This document shows positions 1 through 6,753 of a DNA stretch of 64,000 bases, one piece after another (positions within the stretch are counted from its first letter, which is position 1; each line of letters starts with the position of its first letter). Location: assembly GCA_039188975.1 (NCBI GenBank), contig JBCCYT010000003.1, positions 2,703-66,702 of the forward strand. The letters are read 5' to 3'. This stretch comes from Actinomycetota bacterium. Its GTDB lineage: Bacteria > Actinomycetota > Acidimicrobiia > Acidimicrobiales > Aldehydirespiratoraceae. The position numbers and the translations under genes were made by a program. The notes beneath the pieces are model-generated. The model was given only the letters and a program-made list of their open reading frames with translations. It was not told the origin of the DNA and ran no database searches.

Positions 1-2146
1 GGGCACGTTCGCTGCTGCGGCTGGTGACGATCGGCGGGAGTTTGCCGCAGCGCTCAACACGATCGACGGGGTGCGGCTTGCGAGCGGCCGTGACTTCGGC
101 GATGACGGCCGGCTTGCCCGCAGCGATGTCACGGTGCTCGATGAGGCCGGGGCTCAGGCGCTGGTCGGTGCGCTGGACGGTGTGCCGTACGAGGTGCGCT
201 CCCGCGAAACCAAGCCGTACCGGCGCCGTCCGGCGGCACCATTCATCACCTCGACGTTCCAGCAAGAAGCCGGCCGCAAGCTGGGCATGAGCGCCCAGAT
301 GGCGATGCGAGCCGCGCAGGGCCTCTACGAAAAGGGCTACATCACCTATATGCGAACCGACAGCACCACGCTGTCCGACACCGCATTGCAGGCGGCCCGC
401 ACGATGATCTCCGAGCGTTACGGCAAGACCTTCCTGCCCGATGCGCCTCGCCACTACGCCACCAAGTCGAAGAACGCGCAGGAAGCCCACGAGGCGATTC
501 GTCCGGCGGGCGACACCTTTCGGCTGCCGGCCGCCGTCGCGCAGGAAGTGCCGTCGTCGGAGGCACGCGCCTATGAACTGATCTGGCAGCGAACGGTCGC
601 CTCGCAGATGACGGATTGCACCGGCGAGACCGTCACGCTGAAGCTCGGCGCAACCGCCACCGACGGTCGAGATGTCGAGTTCTCGGCGACCGGTACCGTC
701 ATCGCCCACACCGGGTTCCGCGAGGTCTACGAGGAGACCAAGGTCGTCGAGCGAGGTGCGGAGGAAGACGCCGATGAGCGGCGCCTGCCGCCACTGGCCG
801 AAGGCGACGCCGCCCGCGCGGCAGGACCGCTCGAATTCGAAGGCCACACCACGTCACCGCCGTCTCGCTACACCGAAGCATCGCTCGTGAAGCGACTCGA
901 GGAGCTCGGCGTCGGCCGCCCGTCGACCTATGCCTCGATCATCGGCACGATCCAGGACCGTGGCTATGTGTGGAAGAAGGGCTCGGCCCTCGTCCCGTCC
1001 TTCACCGCGTTCTCGGTGGTCAACGTGATGGAAGGCCACTTTCCGAACCTCGTCGATTACGCCTTCACCGCCAAGATGGAGGACGACCTCGACAAGATCG
1101 CTACCGGCACCGAAGAAGCCGAGCCGTGGCTCACCCGCTTCTACTTCGGTGAGAGCGGCGGTTCCGGTGAGCCGGGCCTGAAGGAGAAGGTCTCGACCCG
1201 GCTGCCCGACATCGACGCCCGCATGGTCAACACCATCCCGTTGGGGATGAGCGACGAAGGCAAGCCAGTGGTGGCCCGCGTCGGTCGATATGGCCCGTAT
1301 GTCCAGATGGGCGACAGCGAGAACGCCGACGACAACCAGACGGCGTCGATCCCCGACGACATCCCGCCCGACGAGCTGACCCTCGATAGGGCCATGGAGT
1401 ACCTCGCCATGCCGAAGGAGGGGCGCATCATCGGTGTGCATCCCGAGCACGGCTTGGAGATCTATGCGAAGGCGGGTCGGTTCGGCCCGTACGTTCAGGT
1501 CGGTACCCATGACGACTGGGAAGAGCGCGGTGAGGAAAAGCCGCCGACTGGGTCCTTGTTCTCGACCATGGCGCTCGAGACGGTGACGATGGAGGAAGCG
1601 ATGCAGATCCTGTCGCTTCCGCGCACCGTCGGTGCCCACCCCGAGTCGGGTGAGGTCATCACGGTCCAGAACGGTCGCTACGGCCCGTATCTCAAAATGG
1701 GGACCGACAGCCGCAGCCTCGAGACCGAGGCGCAGATGCTCACCATCACCCTCGAAGAGTGCCTTGCGATCCTGGCCCAGCCCAAGCGTCGTCGGGGCCA
1801 GGGGGCGGCGAAGCCGCCGTTGCGCGAGATGGGCGAAGACCCCGAAACGGGCAAGCCGATGATCGTCAAGGACGGTCGGTTCGGGCCCTACGTGACCGAT
1901 GGCGAATACAACGCGTCACTGCGCAAGGGCGACACGGTCGAGGAGCTGACGGTCGAACGCGCAGCCGAGCTGCTGGCTGATCGCCGCGCCAAGGGGCCGG
2001 CCAAGAAGGCGAAGAAGGCCAAGAAGGCGTCGAAGAAGAAGGCGACCAAGAAGAAGAGCGCGAAGAAGGCTGCCAAGAAGAGCGCGAAGAAGACGTCGAA
2101 GAAGACGGCCGCAAAGAAGGCAAACGGCGCCTCGACCGACGACTGA
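1..2146 (+). CDS. topA: DNA topoisomerase I, 5'-truncated by the window edge
   Basis: The frame is open from base 2 with no stop. It has the active-site Tyr region GYITYMRTDST, repeated GRFGPYV/GRYGPYL C-terminal modules, and a Lys-rich AKKAKK tail typical of actinobacterial TopA. Confidence 0.93.
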   Translation, partial: GTFAAAAGDDRREFAAALNTIDGVRLASGRDFGDDGRLARSDVTVLDEAGAQALVGALDGVPYEVRSRETKPYRRRPAAPFITSTFQQEAGRKLGMSAQMAMRAAQGLYEKGYITYMRTDSTTLSDTALQAARTMISERYGKTFLPDAPRHYATKSKNAQEAHEAIRPAGDTFRLPAAVAQEVPSSEARAYELIWQRTVASQMTDCTGETVTLKLGATATDGRDVEFSATGTVIAHTGFREVYEETKVVERGAEEDADERRLPPLAEGDAARAAGPLEFEGHTTSPPSRYTEASLVKRLEELGVGRPSTYASIIGTIQDRGYVWKKGSALVPSFTAFSVVNVMEGHFPNLVDYAFTAKMEDDLDKIATGTEEAEPWLTRFYFGESGGSGEPGLKEKVSTRLPDIDARMVNTIPLGMSDEGKPVVARVGRYGPYVQMGDSENADDNQTASIPDDIPPDELTLDRAMEYLAMPKEGRIIGVHPEHGLEIYAKAGRFGPYVQVGTHDDWEERGEEKPPTGSLFSTMALETVTMEEAMQILSLPRTVGAHPESGEVITVQNGRYGPYLKMGTDSRSLETEAQMLTITLEECLAILAQPKRRRGQGAAKPPLREMGEDPETGKPMIVKDGRFGPYVTDGEYNASLRKGDTVEELTVERAAELLADRRAKGPAKKAKKAKKASKKKATKKKSAKKAAKKSAKKTSKKTAAKKANGASTDD

Positions 2147-2226
2147 TCGATGCGTGCGGTGTCAACCGCGGGCGGTGGTTGTCTACGGTGGGATCCGTGA
2201 CCCCCTCGTCTCGTAGCTCTGAGCGC

Positions 2227-3663
2227 ATGCAGGATGCGGTCAATGCGACCCAGCCGAGCGGGCGAATCGACTCGTTTTTTGGTTCGTGGGCCTTCTTCAA
2301 GCTGTGGATCGCCCAGGTCATCTCCGCGACCGGCGACTGGCTCGGTCTGATCGCGATCATCTCGCTCGCCAGCCGGATCAGCGAGGAGTCAGAGGGCACC
2401 GCAATCGCGCTCGTGCTCGGCGCCCGGATCGCCCCAGGTTTCTTCCTCGCGACGGCGGCGGGCGTCATCGTCGATCGGCTCGACCGCAAACAGGTGATGG
2501 TCTTCTGCGACATCGGCCGGGCGCTCGTGATGTTCGCGTTGCCCTGGGTCGACAGTCTCGCCGGTTTGATCATCGCGTCGTTCATCCTCGAGATCCTCAC
2601 GATGCTGTGGTCGCCGGCAAAGGAAGCGGTGGTGCCGAACCTGGTGCCGAAGGAGAAGTTGACGACCGCGAACTCGCTGAACGTTGCGGCGGCGTACGGC
2701 ATGTTTCCGGTCGCGGCCGGGATTGCGGCGCTGCTTGCCAAACTCTCGAGCGGCTTCGCCGACGAGGGCTGGGTCGACACGTGGCACTTCAACGAGGAGG
2801 GCCTGGCGTTCTATGTGAACGGCATCTCGTTCATTGCGACCGCTCTCATCATCTGGAACATCCACTGGATTCGGCGCACCCGAGAGGAACGCCGATCGGG
2901 CGAACGGGGCAGTTGGGATCTCGGTGGTGCGGTTCGGGAGCTGCGGGAGGGGTGGCGCTACATCGCCGTGAACCCGATTGTGCGAGCGGTCAACATCGGG
3001 CTGGCAACCGGGGTGATCGGCGGTGGCATGCTCGTGCCGCTCGGGGCGATTTTCGTCGACGAGGTGATCTCGGGCGAGGGCGCTGATTTCAACCTCGTGC
3101 TGTTTGCGTTGGGCACCGGCATGGCGGGCGGCGTCGTGATGGCTTCGGTCTTCCAGAACCGCATCAATCGGTCCCGGGTGTTCCCCTTTGCGCTGCTCGT
3201 CGCCGGTGGCGCGTTGCTCGTTGCTGCGTCCGGGTCGGTTCTGTCGATCGTCGTGCCTGCCATCGCGGTTGTGGGTTTCGCAGCGGGACCGATCTATGTC
3301 CTGGGGTTCACGCTGTTGCACGAGAACGTCGATGATGAGCTGCGAGGCCGGATCTTTGCGTCGCTTCTCGTCCTCGTTCGGTTCTGTGTCTTGTTGGCGT
3401 TGGCGATCGCGCCTGCGCTCTCGGAGGTGCTTGACGGGGTGAGTAACTCGTTGTGGGACCGTGACATCTCGTTCGGTGACCTGTCGATCTTCGTGCCGGG
3501 TGTGCGGCTGACAATGTGGTTGTCCGCCATCATCATCATGCTTGCCGGGTTGTTGGCGATGATGAGTTTGCGGGCCGGGTCAGGTGCGTTCGTGAGCGGC
3601 GCCGCCTTCGTCGATGACGAACCCGCCGATCGAGATCGACCGGGAAACGAGTCTCGATCGTGA
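2227..3663 (+). CDS. MFS transporter
   Basis: The ORF is largely hydrophobic with multiple helices and has the MFS loop motif VDRLDRKQV after TM2. Start is uncertain (TTG 2179 or ATG 2227). Confidence 0.75.
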   Translation: MQDAVNATQPSGRIDSFFGSWAFFKLWIAQVISATGDWLGLIAIISLASRISEESEGTAIALVLGARIAPGFFLATAAGVIVDRLDRKQVMVFCDIGRALVMFALPWVDSLAGLIIASFILEILTMLWSPAKEAVVPNLVPKEKLTTANSLNVAAAYGMFPVAAGIAALLAKLSSGFADEGWVDTWHFNEEGLAFYVNGISFIATALIIWNIHWIRRTREERRSGERGSWDLGGAVRELREGWRYIAVNPIVRAVNIGLATGVIGGGMLVPLGAIFVDEVISGEGADFNLVLFALGTGMAGGVVMASVFQNRINRSRVFPFALLVAGGALLVAASGSVLSIVVPAIAVVGFAAGPIYVLGFTLLHENVDDELRGRIFASLLVLVRFCVLLALAIAPALSEVLDGVSNSLWDRDISFGDLSIFVPGVRLTMWLSAIIIMLAGLLAMMSLRAGSGAFVSGAAFVDDEPADRDRPGNESRS

Positions 3664-4268
3664 GCGGCCGGCTGATTGTTTTCGAGGGCGCTGACGCATC
3701 TGGCAAGTCAACCCAGGCCCGCCGCCTTGCGATGCGACTCGATGCGGAGTTGACGTTTCAGTTCGGCGCCACCGCGATCGGCGGTGCGATCCGCTCGATT
3801 CTGCTCGACCCGGACCATGTCGATCTCGACGATCGCGCGGAGGCGTTGCTGGTGATCGCCGACAAGGCGCAACATGTCGCGGAGATCGTCGGTCCGGCGT
3901 TGGCGCGAGGGGAGACGGTTGTGTCGGATCGGTTCACCGCCTCTACGAGTGCATACCAGGGCTATGGCCGTGGCCTGGATCGCGGTGAACTCGACGCGAT
4001 GATGCGGTTTGCGACTCATGGCATCGAACCAGACCTCACGGTCTTGTTGGATGTGCCGTGGTCGGTCGCACGGGCCCGTCTCGGTGAGCAGATGGATCGC
4101 ATCGAAGGGGCAGGAGCGGACTTCCACACCCGGGTCCGCGAGGGGTATCTGGAGATGGCAGCCGCCGACCCGGATCGGTGGGTGGTGGTCGATGCCGGCG
4201 GGTCGCTCGACGACGTCGCGGCGCGGGTCGACGCCGCGGTCGACGGCTGGTTGGCGGCCAACCTGTGA
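3660..4268 (+). CDS. tmk: thymidylate (dTMP) kinase
   Basis: P-loop FEGADASGKST and the ~200-aa length fit Tmk. Its GTG start overlaps the upstream stop (GTGA). Confidence 0.88.
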   Translation: MSGRLIVFEGADASGKSTQARRLAMRLDAELTFQFGATAIGGAIRSILLDPDHVDLDDRAEALLVIADKAQHVAEIVGPALARGETVVSDRFTASTSAYQGYGRGLDRGELDAMMRFATHGIEPDLTVLLDVPWSVARARLGEQMDRIEGAGADFHTRVREGYLEMAAADPDRWVVVDAGGSLDDVAARVDAAVDGWLAANL

Positions 4269-5323
4269 CCGTCGCGACGGAACCGTGGGCCTCGATTGTC
4301 GGTCAGGCTGATGCAGTTCGCCGACTCCAGGCTGCGGTTGGCGCGCCGGTTCACGCCTATCTCTTCGTCGGGCCTTCGGGCGCAGGCAAGTTGCATGCCG
4401 CCAAGGTGTTTGCTGGCGAGTTGCTTGCGGCGGCCGACCCTGAGCACGCCGAACGACATCGCCGGTTGGCCACGGGTGAGGGCCATGCCGACGTCCATGT
4501 GCTGAACCCGGCGGGCAACAGTCTTCGTCGAGACGAAGAGGCTGAACCGTTGATCGTGCAGGCGAGCCGGTCGCCGGTGGAAGGAAATCGGAAGGTCCTG
4601 GTGGTCAATCGCTTTCATACTGCGACACCGGCGGCGGCTGCGTCGTTGTTGAAGACGATCGAGGAACCTCCCGCAACGTCGATCTTTGTCTTGCTCGCCG
4701 AGGATGTGCCGCCGGAACACATCACGATCGAGAGCCGGTGCACCCGGGTCGACTTTCCGCCGGTCGCGGTGGAGGCGATCGCCGACGCGCTCGTTGCGGA
4801 GGGGGTTGTGGGTTCGGAGCAAGCGCCGATCGTCGCTCAGGCTGCGGCGGGCAGCGTTGAACGAGCGCGGACGTTGGCGTCTGATGAACGGCTGGTCGCT
4901 CGTCGTGACGCCTGGTGGTCGATCCCCGATCGGCTCGATGGGTCGGGCGCGGCGGTGGCGGTGATGGTCGAAGAGGTGCGTGGGCTGATCGACGACGCGA
5001 GCGCGAGCAAGGTCAAGCAGCATGATGCGGAGCTCGAGGCGCTCGATGCCCGAGAGGAGCAGCTCGGCACTCGTGGATCGGGGCGCAAGGATCTTGAGGC
5101 TCGGCATCGTCGTGAGTTGCGACAGTTTCGTACCGAGGAGCTGCGTTTCGGTTTGTCGACGCTGGCGTTGCGCTATCGAGAGGCGATCGTGGCCGATCCT
5201 GACCGCAGAAACATGTTGGGTGCGATCGACTCGTTGCGCGACACCCAGGATGCGCTGGTGCGCAATCCCAACGAAGCGCTTGCCCTTCAGGCCCTCCTCC
5301 TTCGGTTGCCGACGCTGGGGTAG
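4265..5323 (+). CDS. holB: DNA polymerase III delta' subunit
   Basis: AAA+ clamp-loader features are present (HAYLFVGPSGAGK). It follows tmk as in many bacteria. The GTG at 4265 overlaps the tmk stop; the ORF-track start at 4178 is probably too early. Confidence 0.82.
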   Translation: MTVATEPWASIVGQADAVRRLQAAVGAPVHAYLFVGPSGAGKLHAAKVFAGELLAAADPEHAERHRRLATGEGHADVHVLNPAGNSLRRDEEAEPLIVQASRSPVEGNRKVLVVNRFHTATPAAAASLLKTIEEPPATSIFVLLAEDVPPEHITIESRCTRVDFPPVAVEAIADALVAEGVVGSEQAPIVAQAAAGSVERARTLASDERLVARRDAWWSIPDRLDGSGAAVAVMVEEVRGLIDDASASKVKQHDAELEALDAREEQLGTRGSGRKDLEARHRRELRQFRTEELRFGLSTLALRYREAIVADPDRRNMLGAIDSLRDTQDALVRNPNEALALQALLLRLPTLG

Positions 5324-5367
5324 CCAGGGAGGATCACGCCGCTTGGTTTGGTACCGTTCGATACCCC

Positions 5368-5443
5368 GCCCGAGTAGCTCAGTTGGTAGAGCGACGCTCT
5401 CGTAAAGCGTAGGTCAGGAGTTCAATTCTCCTCTCGGGCTCCA
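5368..5443 (+). tRNA. tRNA-Thr (anticodon CGU), CCA encoded
   Basis: It folds by hand into a cloverleaf: acceptor GCCCGAG/CTCGGGC, D-arm GCTC..GAGC, anticodon stem ACGCT/AGCGT with loop CTCGTAA, and T-arm AGGAG-TTCAATT-CTCCT. It is 73 nt plus CCA. Confidence 0.93.
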
Positions 5444-5461
5444 GTCTCAACAGGAGGTCCT

Positions 5462-6040
5462 GTGGCCGATCAAGCCACGTTCGCAGAGGACGCAATGCCG
5501 TTGATGGACGGCCTCTACTCCGCGGCGATGCGCATGACCCGAAACGCTTCTGACGCGGAGGATCTCGTCCAGGAGACGTTTCTCAAGGCGTATCGGGCGT
5601 ATGAGCGGTTCGAGGCCGGTACCAACTTGAAGGCGTGGATGTACCGCATCCTCACCAACAGTTACATCAACGAGTACCGCAAGAAGCAGCGGCGACCCGA
5701 TGAGACCGACCTCGACGATGTTGAAGATCTCTACCTGTATCGCCGGCTCGGCGGGGCGGAGAGTGCGACGCTCAGCCGCTCGGCCGAGGACGAGTTGATG
5801 GAGCTGTTTGGCGAAGACGAGGTGAAGGTCGCGCTCGAGGACCTGCCGGAGCATTACCGGTTGCCGATTCTCTTGGCCGATGTCGAGGGTTTTGCGTACA
5901 AGGAAATCGCGGAGATCCTCGATGTGCCGATCGGCACCGTGATGTCTCGTCTGCATCGTGGAAGAAAGCAGCTGCGGAAGCGGTTGTATGCCTTCGCCGA
6001 GGAGCACCGGCTCCTCCCCGACCCCGAGCCCGTGTCATGA
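5462..6040 (+). CDS. sigH: ECF sigma factor, SigH/SigR type
   Basis: There is strong similarity to mycobacterial SigH (LRMTRNxxDAEDLxQET, GTNLKAWxYRILTNxYINxYRKKQR, [13 protein letters not shown]). An RsrA-like anti-sigma gene overlaps its stop. Confidence 0.9.
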   Translation: MADQATFAEDAMPLMDGLYSAAMRMTRNASDAEDLVQETFLKAYRAYERFEAGTNLKAWMYRILTNSYINEYRKKQRRPDETDLDDVEDLYLYRRLGGAESATLSRSAEDELMELFGEDEVKVALEDLPEHYRLPILLADVEGFAYKEIAEILDVPIGTVMSRLHRGRKQLRKRLYAFAEEHRLLPDPEPVS

Positions 6041-6303
6041 CAAACCCGATCGACGATTTCGCATCCGCCGACTGTGGCCAGAACAGTCCGTGCGTTTCGC
6101 AGTTCCTCGATGAGTGTCCACAGAACATGGAGTGCCAGGAGGTCATCCAGGCGCTGGTCGCCAAGTGCGGCACCTGCAGCGATTCGTACACGTTCGAGAT
6201 GCGGGTGCGGACGGTGGTTTCGAAGCGGTGTTCTGATGAGGTGCCTGATGCATTGAAGGCGAAGATCTTCATGGCGCTGCAGCAGGTTCGCGACGAACGC
6301 TGA
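6037..6303 (+). CDS. rshA: RsrA/RshA-type (ZAS) anti-sigma factor
   Basis: An 88-aa Cys-rich protein translationally coupled to sigH. It has a CGTC (CxxC) motif and a C-terminal [17 protein letters not shown] segment resembling RsrA LVKRCCGQDDVPGDLRAKV. Confidence 0.8.
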   Translation: MTNPIDDFASADCGQNSPCVSQFLDECPQNMECQEVIQALVAKCGTCSDSYTFEMRVRTVVSKRCSDEVPDALKAKIFMALQQVRDER

Positions 6304-6362
6304 TCAGCTTCAGCCGCGATCGTGGCGATCTGTGATGCCTATGTGACATTTCGGTGTCGGGT

Positions 6363-6389
6363 GGAACTAAACGGGCCACTCGCTCCGTT
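6363..6389 (+). promoter_or_regulatory. candidate ECF (SigH-like) promoter: GGAAC-N19-GTT
   Basis: GGAAC lies at 6363-6367 and GTT at 6387-6389. The ATG at 6399 is ~10 nt downstream of the -10 element, which fits a leaderless transcript. The spacer is 1 nt longer than the classical GGAAT-N18-GTT. Confidence 0.35.
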
Positions 6390-6398
6390 ATTGCGGGC

Positions 6399-6578
6399 AT
6401 GCGGGTTATCGGAGAGAAATTCACCAGTATCGAACGCAACCTCCCCGTGATGGATGAGGGCCGGGTGTGCCTGGAAACCGACTGTGAGACGAAGCTGAGT
6501 CGGTACAACGATCAGGAGTACTGCTCGTTGCATGCGCCGATGGTCGTCCCCCGGATGCGAGGCAAGGTCCTCGACTGA
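6399..6578 (+). CDS. small zinc-ribbon-like protein (59 aa), function unknown
   Basis: The ORF-track entry 6354-6578 is trimmed here to the ATG at 6399. It has a C-x4-C ... C-x2-H pattern (CLETDCETKLSRYNDQEYCSLH) and high GC3. Confidence 0.5.
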   Translation: MRVIGEKFTSIERNLPVMDEGRVCLETDCETKLSRYNDQEYCSLHAPMVVPRMRGKVLD

Positions 6579-6667
6579 GAGGACGGTGTTGAGGTCCTCG
6601 ACTGAGAGGACGGTGTTGAGGTCCTCGACTGAGAGGACGGTGTTGAGGTCCTCGACTGAGAGGACGG
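6566..6667. repeat. perfect 27-bp tandem repeat, 3.8 copies, each copy a hairpin
   Basis: The unit GGTCCTCGACTGAGAGGACGGTGTTGA occurs at 6566, 6593 and 6620, with a 21-nt partial copy at 6647. Each unit contains the inverted repeat GTCCTC/GAGGAC. Confidence 0.97.
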
Positions 6668-6753
6668 GTGGGTCGAACGGCTCATGAAGGTCGTGACTTG
6701 AACCGCACCGCCCGGCTCTTCTGTGGTCGTGCGGGCCAGCCGATGCTGCGGGG

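Noticed and set aside
1985-2146. The Lys/Ala-rich tail of TopA (AKKAKKAKKASKKKATKKK…) as a novel low-complexity element.
   Set aside because: A basic Lys-rich C-terminal tail is a known feature of actinobacterial topoisomerase I, so it is not unusual.
5290-5370. A SigH-type autoregulatory promoter upstream of sigH (GGAGGA…CCGTT around 5325-5358).
   Set aside because: The -35-like element is GGAGGA rather than GGAAT/GGAAC, and it precedes the tRNA rather than sigH. It is not convincing.
5324-5461. tRNA-Thr as an integration hotspot, or a genomic island border next to sigH.
   Set aside because: There is no integrase, no direct repeat of the tRNA 3' end, and no compositional shift. The flanking genes (holB, sigH) are core genes in conserved order.
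6566-6667. Whether the 27-bp repeat could be a CRISPR array.
   Set aside because: The copies are directly adjacent with no spacers, there are only 3.8 units, and there are no cas genes in the window.
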